DNA from: Strigamia acuminata
Taxonomy: Eukaryota
Length of the DNA stretch: 64,000 nt
Reading direction: 5' to 3'
Assembly (NCBI GenBank): GCA_949358305.1
Contig: OX442314.1
Location: 5,890,001 to 5,954,000 of the forward strand
Under the pieces are notes generated by a model. The model was not told where the DNA came from. It made no database searches and was given only the letters and a program-made list of their open reading frames with translations. This document shows, piece after piece, positions 1-11,240 of this stretch (positions within the stretch are counted from its first letter, which is position 1; each line of letters opens with the position of its first letter). A program made the translations under genes and the position numbers.

Positions 1-936
1 TTTAGTCGTGATGCTTTCGTTGAACAATGTATCATCGAGTGGATTCAAGAAAGCTTTGAAATCGTCAACCTTGGACCGGTGACTCTTTTATTAGGGATTC
101 ACTTTGAAAGGAAAAATGGGGACATTTTAGTACATCAAAAGAGTTATATTGCGAAATTAGTCGAGAAATACGACATTGACCCGTGCCATAAAATTAAAAT
201 CCCAGTCACAGTCGGTACCATGATACAGAAGGTACAACCGGGCGAACAAATAAACTCGACGTTCCCATACAGGTCCCTAGTAGGGAGTTTACTTTTTATC
301 GCGAATAGAACGCGTCCAGATATTCTCTTCAGCGTTATTGTATTATCTCAATACAATGAGACCCATTCTAACAGGCATGTTAAAATGCTAATACAAGTGT
401 TGAGATATCTGGCGAATACCCCCAATTATGTTATCAACTTAGCTAATTGTAAAAACAACAATTTAACGGTTTACACCGACGCGTCCTTTGCTTTGGACCA
501 AGACAGTAGGAGAAGCTTTGGTGGTCACATAGTTTATTTGGGAGGGGTTCCGATTTCATGGAATTGTCGAAAACAATCCATGACTTCACTGAGTATAATG
601 GAAAGCGAGTTTCTCGCAGTTGTCGATGGCGTGAGAGAAGTGATATGGCTTGAACGCTTGTACGAAGCTGATATCATCTTATGTTTCAACCGAAATGTCC
701 CTTGCGTCTATGCCGATAGCATGCCGGCAATCAACTATGCGAAAAACAAGATCGAGAACCGTGCAAATAAACATATAGATGTTAAATTGCACTTTCTTCG
801 TGATTGGTATGAAAAAGGCGTGTTTAGTATTAAACATGTGCCTGGCGAATTGAACATCGCGGATTTGATGACAAAGTGGTTGCCGCGCCCCAGATTATGT
901 CAGCTCTGTGAGCATATTTTTGTTGTAGTCAAATAG
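1..936 (+). CDS. Ty1/copia pol 3' end (RT C-terminus + RNase H), 5' part outside window
   Basis: Copia motifs YRSLVGSLLF, TRPDILF, YTDASFA, KQSMTSLSIMESEF, KHIDVKLHFLRD, NIADLMTK. Confidence 0.93.
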   Translation, partial: FSRDAFVEQCIIEWIQESFEIVNLGPVTLLLGIHFERKNGDILVHQKSYIAKLVEKYDIDPCHKIKIPVTVGTMIQKVQPGEQINSTFPYRSLVGSLLFIANRTRPDILFSVIVLSQYNETHSNRHVKMLIQVLRYLANTPNYVINLANCKNNNLTVYTDASFALDQDSRRSFGGHIVYLGGVPISWNCRKQSMTSLSIMESEFLAVVDGVREVIWLERLYEADIILCFNRNVPCVYADSMPAINYAKNKIENRANKHIDVKLHFLRDWYEKGVFSIKHVPGELNIADLMTKWLPRPRLCQLCEHIFVVVK

Positions 937-953
937 TTGCGCAAAGGGGGATT

Positions 954-1253
954 TGTTAGAAAAATGCCCAACTGTTTGATCTTATCGGTTGCATGTTTCC
1001 GGTTAAATGCAACGTGTGTGTCATTGCAATTCTGTATCCGTGTTACATTGGTTGATATTGACTTTTAAACCCTTGTTCCTGTGCTAAGTGCCCCAACCAA
1101 TGTGCTTATTAGCAATGACATGCCCATATGTCGTCTGCTCTAATATGAGCGCTTATCTTTTAGTTTCTCATGGCCCTTGTTTACATTATCGATTGTTTAT
1201 GCCGAGTTTACTTTACTTTTGTTATGTAAAGAATGAATCCTTGTCTGCTAACA
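954..1253 (+). mobile_element. 3' LTR of the copia element
   Basis: Polypurine tract AAAGGGGGA (943-951) followed by TGTTAG...CTAACA inverted termini, 300 bp. Confidence 0.75.
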
Positions 1254-1407
1254 ATGATTCATTCTACTTCAAGTTTTGTAGCCTCGAAAGAGGTGCGCTT
1301 TTTTGCTTTTGCCTTATCATCTCGATGAATAAAGATGGCGGTCGCACGATGCGAGTTCCCGCACCTGTTAATTCGAGTCTCAGCTCTTTTCCTTTGATGT
1401 CCGGCGC

Positions 1408-3624
1408 CTACAAGCCTATCACCTTCTGCTGTTCCAGTCCCCACATCCACGGAGTGTCGTCGCGCGTCAAACGGTAAAGTGGTTCTAGTAATGTAGATAA
1501 ATTGTTAATAAATCTTCCGTAATAATTTACGAGCCCCAGAAACGATTTCAATGATAACACATCGTTGGGCTGCATGGCGTTGCGAAGTGGAGCCAGCTTT
1601 GAGTCGATGGGCGTGATTCCTTGCTTGGAAATGTTCAGCCCTAAAAATTGCACGCACAAACGCAAAAACTTGCACTTTTTTCTATTCAAAGTTAAATTCG
1701 CCTTATTAAATGCACCCAGGAGCTGGTCCAAGTTGCACAAGTGAGCTGCATTTGTGGCACCGGTCACGGCCGAATCATCAATGAAGGGCTGCGTGCTCTC
1801 GACTTTGGCGGTTAATTTATCCATCTCGCGTTGAAAAATGGCTGGCGCGCTGGAAATTCCATAGAAGAGCCGGTTCACTGTAAATAGACCCAAGTGGGTA
1901 TTAATTGTACACACTTCTTTGCTCTCCTGATCTAATTCGAGCTGATTGTAGGCGGAATTCATATCCAAAATGGAATATGTCTCACCGCCTGACAACTTTG
2001 CTGCGACATCGTCGAAGAGAGGCAAAGGATAAGAGTTGGGGAGAACCGCTTTATTTATGGTCCTATTATAGCATCCCGCTATCTTAAGTGTGCCATCTGA
2101 TTTTAGGACATGCATAATTGGTGTCGCCCACTTGGAAGAGGCGACGGGTGTAATGATACCCAAGGATTGCAGTTGGCGCAGCTCTTCCTCCAGTCGTGGC
2201 TTCATTGCGAGCGGAACTGGATAATTCTTCAGGAAAATCGGCTGAACAGTCGGATCGATGTCGATGTGGACCTTGTGGACATTATAACAGCCTATTTCGT
2301 CTCGGAAAACGTCGGCATGGCGTGCCAAAATCTCGTCCAATCTGTTGGACGACGGTGTATCGAGTTTCTCGGGCGCAGGCGTCGATGTGGACAGCGAGAA
2401 TACTTCCGCTCCCACCAAATCACCAGTGGCTGACAACAAACCGAATGCTTCGAGCCAGTCGCGGCCAAGAAGAGGAATCGGGCCGTGAGTTGCCACACAC
2501 AACGGCAAACGAAAGTCGCGATCACGATAACGAACCGGAACTTCGCACACCCCTTCCATTCGGAGTGTCGTGCCGCCGTACGTGTTCATCTGGATCGGAA
2601 GGGGCTGCAATGAAAAATTTGAAAAATATTTAGTGTAAGTTTCGAGATTTATAAATGTAGCGCCTGCTCCCGTGTCCATTTCCATTAGGAGATTGACATT
2701 CGCAATTTGTATGGCCATAATAATTGGTTGCGTGGCTTTAATGCCAATTGCATTCACGGTCGTCGACAAATCTGGCTCCACGGCGTAATATGTCAGCTGT
2801 TGGGGCATCTCGACTGAGTGGACTGGAGCTGGTGACTTCAAAACCGACCGGCAAACTGGTTTGATGTGGCCAGTTTTCCCGCATCCGTGGCACGTGGCAT
2901 CGCGAAAACGGCACGCTTCGCACGTGTGCGACTTACTGCCGCAAGCGGAACACACCGACGCATTTCCTTTCGAATTGGATGGTTGGCGGACTGCTTGAGA
3001 TGAGGTAGTGCCCCTCGAGGAGCGTTTTCTACCTTTAAACGCATCGTGACGTGGCCTGGAGTCGTGTTGGAGTTTGTGCACCGGCAGCGTCGACGCATTT
3101 TGCGTCGCGATCGTCGAAAATTCCTTTTGCGACACTTCTGCAGCGGCAGCGAACTCGACCGCGTCGTCGAACGTCAAATCTTTCTTCAACGTGAGCGCCT
3201 GCTGCACTTGCTCATTCTGGAGGCCGCAAAGAAAGCGATTTCTTAATTCATTTGTTTTGTCGGTAAACTCACAATTTTGGGCCAGGTCCTGAAGAGCGAG
3301 AGAATATTCCAACACAGATTCATTCGGCAGTCGATCACGGCGGTGAAAACGGCGAATTTCTCCCAGCACGAGCGGCTTCGCGCGTGCATTCTTCTGCATT
3401 AAAGCCACCAGTTCCGCGTACTTCAATTCGGCAGCTTCCTTCGGCGCCGCGAGCGTGTCCAGCTGCTTAAACGTCGGCATGCCGACGTACGACAGCAGCG
3501 TGTGGACCTTCTCCTGGTCATCGACGATTTTATTACAAGCAAAAATACTTGTCATACGCTTGCAATATAGGCCCCAATCCTCTGTTGGATCGTATTCCCG
3601 CGGTGTCCCTTTTAGAGCTGACAT
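1408..3624 (-). CDS. Ty3/gypsy (Mag-like) gag-protease-RT polyprotein, truncated before RNase H/integrase
   Basis: Two CCHC knuckles (CSACGSKSHTCEAC, CHGCGKTGHIKPVC), protease DTGA and PLLGRDWL, RT motifs LDMNSAYNQL, YGISSAPAIFQ, FIDD, SFLGLVNYY. Frame stops just after WMWGLEQQK. Confidence 0.92.
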   Translation of the reverse strand: MSALKGTPREYDPTEDWGLYCKRMTSIFACNKIVDDQEKVHTLLSYVGMPTFKQLDTLAAPKEAAELKYAELVALMQKNARAKPLVLGEIRRFHRRDRLPNESVLEYSLALQDLAQNCEFTDKTNELRNRFLCGLQNEQVQQALTLKKDLTFDDAVEFAAAAEVSQKEFSTIATQNASTLPVHKLQHDSRPRHDAFKGRKRSSRGTTSSQAVRQPSNSKGNASVCSACGSKSHTCEACRFRDATCHGCGKTGHIKPVCRSVLKSPAPVHSVEMPQQLTYYAVEPDLSTTVNAIGIKATQPIIMAIQIANVNLLMEMDTGAGATFINLETYTKYFSNFSLQPLPIQMNTYGGTTLRMEGVCEVPVRYRDRDFRLPLCVATHGPIPLLGRDWLEAFGLLSATGDLVGAEVFSLSTSTPAPEKLDTPSSNRLDEILARHADVFRDEIGCYNVHKVHIDIDPTVQPIFLKNYPVPLAMKPRLEEELRQLQSLGIITPVASSKWATPIMHVLKSDGTLKIAGCYNRTINKAVLPNSYPLPLFDDVAAKLSGGETYSILDMNSAYNQLELDQESKEVCTINTHLGLFTVNRLFYGISSAPAIFQREMDKLTAKVESTQPFIDDSAVTGATNAAHLCNLDQLLGAFNKANLTLNRKKCKFLRLCVQFLGLNISKQGITPIDSKLAPLRNAMQPNDVLSLKSFLGLVNYYGRFINNLSTLLEPLYRLTRDDTPWMWGLEQQKVIGL

Positions 3625-3808
3625 TTTGATGGCAAAAGTCGGCGTTGAGTACGAAAACGCGAGGAAATTACGACAATGGAACGTAGGCCTAACGTCGGGA
3701 CGGCGTGGTCAGCAACGGGCCGAAAAAGCGCTCAAAAAGTTCGAAAAACACGATAAAACTTGCGTCGCTACTGGATTCATCAGTTGCACGTGGATTTCGG
3801 ATCCTTAT

Positions 3809-3975
3809 CTCGTCGCCATTTAGTATGTATCTTACTAATAACAATTTATGTTGAGGATGGTTGAAATGAAAGGTCAGTCATATTAGGCTAAGAACTAACA
3901 AGTGTTTTATTCGGGTCAAATTACATAGGTGGCGCTGGGGGTACAGCGCCCAAAGCAAACGTGGCGGTCACCACA
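3809..3975 (-). mobile_element. 5' LTR (~155 bp) and primer-binding site (PBS) of the gypsy element
   Basis: Minus strand TGTGGTGAC...AATAAA...CATACTA then TGGCGACGAG (3818-3809), complementary to a tRNA-Ser 3' end. Confidence 0.6.
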
Positions 3976-5221
3976 CAAAGTATGCAGTGAAGCCGAACAC
4001 AGCACAACTCATAAGCAAACTTAAAATTATTGAATTAGATGGATCGAAGTATTTTTTGTTTGTTTGACCGTGCATTCGAGCGACCAAAAATGACAAAAAA
4101 ATATTTTTTTTTAAGAATAAAATCAATTTCAATTGTTTCCTAAAAGGGCGGTCAAGATAGTCAAGTCCATATTTTTTATATTTTCCATAAATCAATCAAT
4201 CATCGTCATAGACAGAGTTACCATGAGACATAAGACATTACAGTAAACAGAATTGAAGAGCCAAGTCTAAACTCAGCTCTGGTCTGATCCCAAATACGGA
4301 AAAATACTGTATAATGCAGAAAAAATACTTGGTGGGAAGAAATATGCAAAGAATAAGAAAACTACGTACAGAAATTCAACTCGTGATAAAAGATAATGCC
4401 ACCAAACCAAACTGCAGTTTAATTGGTCTGGATGATTTCGTAAACAGTAGAAAACATTGGAGCAGACGTCATACACATTGGCTAATTTTGCTTCTATTTT
4501 GCACATGCATGTTCACTTATCAGACCTACGATCGAATAATGCATTACTTAAGTTATCCTACGGCTGTTGACGTAACGACTACATCGGAAGATATTGAATT
4601 ACCAAATTTGATGATCTGCAGCGGCAACACAAAAGAAATGGCCAGGCTCTGGAATAAAACTTATGAGAACATCAAGACTAATGGACCAATTGATTACGGT
4701 TCAGTCCCATATGGATGTGCAAACATGGTCAAAAGTCTGATGGCAATTCCAAGTTATGATATGGATGAACTTTGGAGAGCGACCAATTTGGCCAAAGAGG
4801 TAGTCAGCATTAAAATAAAGGTAGGAAAAATAAAATTAATTTTTTAAATTTTCGTCCTAATTTAATTTGTTCAGGGATTTTCAAACAAAACAGCTGTTTT
4901 GACGGAAACTGACACTTCGTATGGAATATGCTCAACATTTCAATTTTGTAACTATAAACAAAAAAAAAAGAATGTGTGCTTAAGACCACACCTTAGAAGT
5001 TAACCTTCTTGACATATAAATTGTATTTTTGTAATCTTAATTTATAATTTTCGGTACTCTGAGACCAAAATAATTACACTTTGGGCCAAAATCATTATAA
5101 TTTTGGGCCATTGGTGATTACGAACGAAATGTCACACAAAATATCAAACGAGATGTGTTACAAAAAACAATAGAATCGTTGAATTCGTTGCAGCAAAGTA
5201 CGGAAATACCACGTCGCAACC

Positions 5222-5660
5222 GGTTATAGTCATTTTAGCGACGCTCATTTTAGCGATTTTTACAAAAAAGTCCCATATTAGTGATCACGTTTTAGGTAAT
5301 TTGCCATTAGTAATCGACACGTTTTAGCGACGTGACATTTTAGCGATCGCTACGTTTTAGCGACGCGACACGATTTACCGCGACAAGCCGGCTCAAAAAA
5401 GTGGTTTGCATCAAAATCCAGTAAGGTTAGGTTCGCGGGGGGTGAAGGGGGGCTTAGCCCCCCATGTTAGCCCTTCCTAGGAATTAAACCTAAACTACAT
5501 GGTTAGGTTAATATTAGTGTTAGTATTAGTGCCGTTTTAGCGACCATCACTTTAGCGAACATGTCATTTTAGCGATTTTTGTGCCGCTAAAATGACATGT
5601 TCGAGAAAATGGTGTGTCGCAAAAATAAAATCGCTAAAATGAAATAGCTAAAATGAAGTA
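5222..5660. mobile_element. MITE-like element with TTTTAGCGA subterminal repeats
   Basis: Many TTTTAGCGA motifs on the left mirrored by CGCTAAAATG on the right. Related fragment at ~12271-12366. Confidence 0.5.
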
Positions 5661-5704
5661 CATTCGTTGCAACGGTGTGATCGGGGATCCGTAATATTCG
5701 CAAC

Positions 5705-6744
5705 TAGGCCTGTGCGAATTTGCGATTAATCACAATGCGATTTTTTTTTTGGTGAATATCGCAGCTAGTTAAGTCACTAGCTGTCGTTTGCGATATATCG
5801 CAAACGCAATTATTGCGATTATTGCGATATTGCGATTATTGCGATATTGCGATTATTGCGATATTGCGATTATTGCGATATTGCGATTATTGCGATATTG
5901 CGATTATTGCGATATTGCAATTATTGCGATATTGCGATTATTGCGATATTGCGATTATTGCGATATTGCGATTATTGCGATATTGCGATTATTGCGATAT
6001 TGCGATATTGCGATTATTGCTATATTGCGATTATTGCGATATTGCGATTATTGCGATTACTGCAATTATTGCGATTTAACTTAAATCGCACATACAAATA
6101 ACTTATTGAAATGTATTTTCTGCTGGGCATTGTGGGCACCGAAATTGGAGTGAAGAATATGAAAATTGAACCGGACGTCGTTGCTGCGTGGGACGCGAAA
6201 GACTGTGCACGTGCAGTGCACGAATCTGGACGACTTCTGCAGACGTCAACGCGATTAGTAATCGTCTGCACACTCTGCAGAAGTCGTCCGTCTTCGGCGC
6301 ACAAGTCTAATCGCCGATTACTAATCGGCGATTAGATTTGTGCGCCGAAGTCAGCTGAGCCGATTCGGCTCGGCGGCTGGTCGGCTAGACGCCAGCCGTC
6401 GCTGCCGTGGGGTGACAATTTACAAGCCGCCGCCGCTGATTTTCCATCGTCGAATGGCTTAAATTTTTTTTTCTTTTTGCTTTTTTAGGCGATTCAAAAC
6501 AAAGAAAGCGTAAATTCAATAAATTGCGAGGCATTGTGATATTGCGATATTGCAATTATTGCGATATTGCAATTAGTGCGATTCGTGCGATTATTGCCAT
6601 TATAGCAATTATAGCGATTAGTGCGATTATTGCGATTAGTGCGATTATATCGCGATATATCGCGAATGCGATATATCTGCGATATAATCGCAACAATCTA
6701 ATATTGCATTCGCATTCGCAACAATCCAACATTGCACAGGCCTA
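5705..6744. mobile_element. hAT-like MITE with internal 17-bp tandem array
   Basis: Terminal inverted repeats (TIRs) TAGGCCTGTGC / GCACAGGCCTA. 8-bp TSD TTCGCAAC / TTTGCAAC (7/8 match). Confidence 0.75.
5809..6075. repeat. 17-bp minisatellite (ATTATTGCGATATTGCG)n
   Basis: Direct tandem units. Translations in all three frames repeat every 17 aa. Confidence 0.95.
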
Positions 6745-6875
6745 TTTGCAACATTCTTACGTGCGATAATACCAATCGCATGTAAAAATGGAGTTGCACA
6801 CTGCAAATATTCGTTCAGGCGACAATGTGGGCATATGCGACGTCACGCTTATGAATACACAGAACATGTAAGCTA

Positions 6876-7000
6876 CAGTCGTGTTCAAAAAAACTGGACC
6901 CTCATTATATGCAGGCAATTGACCTTGTCAGTAATTTCGTGTTGCAAACAGTATAAAGGCCCGACGTGATCATGTGTTGTTCCAGTTTGCCCACAGGCGG
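6876..7000. mobile_element. Single end of a Tc1/mariner-like MITE
   Basis: TA|CAGTCGTGTTCAAAAAAACTGGACCCTCA is identical to the terminus of the 32803-33827 element. No partner TIR seen. Confidence 0.55.
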
Positions 7001-7515
7001 CAGTGCTTTTCGTGAGAACTCGTGAAGCGACATGTCTCCTGTGACATCTCGTCCCGAAAGAAGTTTAACTTCAAAAACAAAACCTACGTGATAACACAAA
7101 TATTATTCATTGGTACAGCTAAACCAACTAGCAAATCATTTGTCCGGAAATTATTGAAAGCAACTATTGGAAACACATATTATTACGTCTGCCCAATAGC
7201 TCCGTATCTAGTATGTTGTACAGTATCCAGTATAATGTATCAGAAAATGTAGTTTTTGTTATTTTTTCTTCTTTCTATCATGTCATTTTACGATTATGGA
7301 AGAAACATTCATGTAGCAACACAAAACCTTGGGACCACATTAAAAATAGATTTGAGTTTTAACAAAGTAAACTTTTCAATTGTCTGATAAAACTTGCAAG
7401 TAATATTTATATTACTTTTGACATTTTAGTTCATATTTTTTAATTCCCCGAAGAGTTCATGCTCCAGTGAAAGCGAATACAAAGAATGCTATCGTGGATG
7501 TTTGAGGAAAAAATT

Positions 7516-10044
7516 TGTGACGATTCTACTTTTAGGCTAATTTAATAGCCAATTTGAGATAGACTAGCCACAACCTAACCGAGATAAGCTACGGAAGTCT
7601 TTACAACCGTGAATACGTGATTGAATAGAAATAACTTACAGTTTTGTGTGACATAACATATTTATTAATCATAATAACATAAGAGAATTCTGGGCGCGTG
7701 TAAACAGGCGGCATCAACTGGTTGAGGATCCGGGCGAAGCCAGCGGGATACGGCTGACTTGCGGTATCGTCACAAATAACGCTACGGAGACGTATTTGGT
7801 CCGCAGCTCGATTATCTAATAATGCGAAGAGTCCTTCGCATAAATTGGAATATTCGGCAGAATATTCCATGTTTCAAATGAATAAAAGTAAAGTGATTAA
7901 TGTAATATAACGAATGAATTGTTATATAAATATTAATTGGGCGGGGACCGTCACGACAATTGAGAGAACGTCGCGGGAGTTGTTGAGACTCCATCCGCCA
8001 GCATGCCTTACGACGACAAGATCTCGTGATCAGGCGCCGAGTATTTAATTGTAAACGTTAATTCGCTATTATTGCCAATACAGGATTACCAATGCCCGAG
8101 TAATTTGTTTAGCAGTGTTGTTCAACTCCTGTTCACGGGTTACTAACCCGGAGTGTACAATGGGGCGGGGACCGTCACGACGGTCGAGGGAACAATCGCG
8201 GGAGGATTTGACTCCTCCATCCGCCAGCATGCCTTACGATGGCGGGATCAGTAGATCGAGCACCGGGTAAAATATTAATCAGCCACTGCTGTTGGATTAC
8301 CATTGTCCAGGTAGTTATTTAACGCAATGTCTTCACGGATATTGCTCACGGGCTACCAACCCGGTGAAGCCGGGTTGTTTAGTCGACTTTCACTTAGTCG
8401 ACGCCGTTTAGTCGACGCCGTTTAGTCGACAAGGTCACTTAGTCGACGAGTATTGTCGACTAAGTGACCTGGTCGACTAAACGGCATCGACTAAACGGCG
8501 TCGACTAAACGGCGTCGACTAAGTGAAAAGTGTAATGATACGAGTGTAGCTAGTGACTAGTTGAGACTAAGTGTGATTTTCTACCACTGCAGAACTATTC
8601 AGCTAATATTTTAATGGCTATTGTAGCTGCTATTCACAGTAGCCATCTGTAGGAAAAAGAGTTGCTCTAAGTGTTCATTCTGTCAAATCTCATTGGGTAA
8701 AATCAATTTTAACAGGAAGATAAGCAGTGGCGCAACTACAACGCAACGTTACAGTTTGTGGAGTTACTTTAGTCCGAAAATGACACTCAAAAGTGTTGGA
8801 AATAAACCTGAACTTAACCTAACCTAACCTGGCTTAGCCTATCCTTAACCTAACCTAGAATAGGCCAGGCCAGGCCAGGTTAGGTTAAGGTTAGGTTTAT
8901 TTCCAACAATCTGGAGTGTCATTTTCGGACTCAGGAGGCTTTATTTGATAAGTTTACAAAATTTTGGCCCATTCTGAAGCGGGCCATATTCTTAAGTAAC
9001 TCCACAAACTGTAACGTCGACAAAACGTGCGTCGACTGGATGTACCGTCGACAAGACGTGCGTCGATAAGATGTACCGTCGACAAGACGGAAGCGAACAG
9101 TTGGTCGACTAGCCGACCAAAAATTTGCCGTCGACGAAACGTTTGTCGGCAAAACGACTTGTCGACAAAATGAACGCTTTAAGTCGACTGTCGACTAAAC
9201 GACCGTCGACTAAACGATCTGACCCGAACCCGGTGTAGTGTGCCTGTGAATAAGCCATTGACCGGCCTTTAACATGCGGAGGGACCAACCACGAATGTGG
9301 GGGCCCCGGAAGAACAATTTACAACAACCATCCTGCAGCGGGCTGTGGCCAGTTAGCTGAGGGACCTACTTTCATTTAGCAAGGTCTTACTGTATAAGAC
9401 CGTTATATTAAGCCACCGTACGAACTCTAACTGTCCCGTAGAACAGCAAGCTAACGTTACGGGGCCATTTCATGTTATTAACATGTCTATTACCGGAGTT
9501 AGCCTTCCCGAAATAGCCCTACAACAACAATAACAATCTAGTAATGAATACTAATTGTGGAGAGCTGAGGTGGCCTGATGTGTCGATAGAGAAAGTGAGA
9601 TCAAACGATAACAACATATCAACTACAGACAATATAAACATATTCAGAATCAAGCCAGGGGGATACTGGGTGGAAAACCAATGCTTATATAGTTCTGGAG
9701 AACTACTAGATTGGCGACAGCCAATCAGTGTACGAATCGGCGGATTCGTGGGTCACTAGTCCAGACCTAATATATGACTATGTCCAGATGGGCCCAATTT
9801 GGGTCAAGAAGGGTCTGATTGGTTCCCTTCGACAGGTAAGTAACGTGGATATTGATTCGATAGAATCAACATTGTCAAGTAAGAAATACTTAATTTATAT
9901 TGAATAAAATAGTTATATTTTATTCACTGTGTCAAAGTAATGATTTATCACACTTTCTAGTTTTATTGAGTTTGAATTACGTGCGTTCGTTAAACAGCGC
10001 CATCTATTGTGAACATTGATAAATACCGATTTGTTATCATCACA
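7516..10044. mobile_element. Large solo LTR (with nested insertion) inside exon 5 of copy A
   Basis: TGTGACGAT...ATCATCACA termini, 4-bp TSD AATT, homologous along its length to 28830-30536. Confidence 0.85.
8367..9226. mobile_element. Mutator-like MITE with GTCGAC-rich arms
   Basis: 9-bp duplication AACCCGGTG (8358-8366 / 9227-9235). Absent from the sister LTR at ~29740. TTTAGTCGAC / GTCGACTAAA repeats and a central hairpin at 8771-8930. Confidence 0.7.
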
Positions 10045-11058
10045 AATTTAAAGAACATTTGACATGCAGGTGAGAATGCGTGATGGCTACAATCAGAAAA
10101 ATAAAAAATAATTTTCTTTGCAAGCTTACCCTTTACAAAGACCGATTTACCACCTTGTAAATGTTCAGATAAGACACATGAGCTGTATGGTATTGCGAAT
10201 TGAAACAACAGATCCAAGTGCTGATTGTATTTGTCGACGTCCATGCAAACATTTAATAATTATAACATACACTGATGCGGGCATAGCAGATGATAAAAAC
10301 CGTCTATTTTTGTCACTAGCGATAACTAATAATAAAATCAATGTGTATGAAGAACGGTTCACATACGATATTATTGCTTTACTATCAGATTTAGGAGGCA
10401 ATCTGGGCCTATTTCTCGGTCTATCTTTAACCTCGTTGCCTGAAATCGCTTGGTACCTAGCAAACATTCGGAAAAAAAGACCGGTTAATAAGATTCACCG
10501 AGTTTATGACAAATGTACAAACAAAATAAGTCAGAGTAAGATGCAAATTAAAAGATGTGTACTTTCACGTATTCTTAAGACAATTCTGGTTATAATTTGT
10601 TCCTGGTTCACCTTGTATTGCTTGCAAATTCGTTTGAACTACTACATTGAAGAACCGGTAACAAAAATTGTGAGAATAGTTACACGACGCTTTACCCAAT
10701 ATCCAACGGTCACGGTCTGTGGCGAAACACAAGATGATGATATTGATGAAGCCAGATTGAATTGGTTGAAACAAACTAAGAAAACCTGCAATAATGTATC
10801 ACCGTGGCAATTGCTCAACGGCAACCTGTCATTGCAAGACATCTGGAACACACTAAATGTCCATGACACAGTCTCATTTAATAATGACGTAACTAATACG
10901 GTACATTCCTAAATATAATCATGTGACGAAAATTTGACCGAATTATTTGATATTTATAGCATTTTCGTGGATATAAAACAATGCTTAATGCATCAAAAAG
11001 CCTTCTTCCCCTTCCTTTTGGACATTGTACACAAATCAATTCAGGTATACGTACATAA

Positions 11059-11240
11059 ACACGGGTAAATACACGTACACACGGGTAATTACACGTACAC
11101 ACGGGTAAATACACGTACACACGGGTAAATACACGTACACACGGGTAAATACACGTACACACGGGTAAATACACGTACACACGGGTAAATACACGTACAC
11201 ACGGGTAAATACACGTACACACGGGTAAATACACGTCCAC
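11059..11240. repeat. 20-bp minisatellite (ACGGGTAAATACACGTACAC)x~9, intronic
   Basis: Near-perfect tandem units just after the exon-7 donor of copy A. Confidence 0.95.

Noticed and set aside
5788..6101. Cys-rich ORFs (RLLRYCDYCDIAIIAIL)n
   Set aside because: Translations of a 17-bp tandem repeat inside a MITE.
8800..8900. Telomeric TTAGG array
   Set aside because: Only a few imperfect units inside a MITE hairpin; not a chromosome end.
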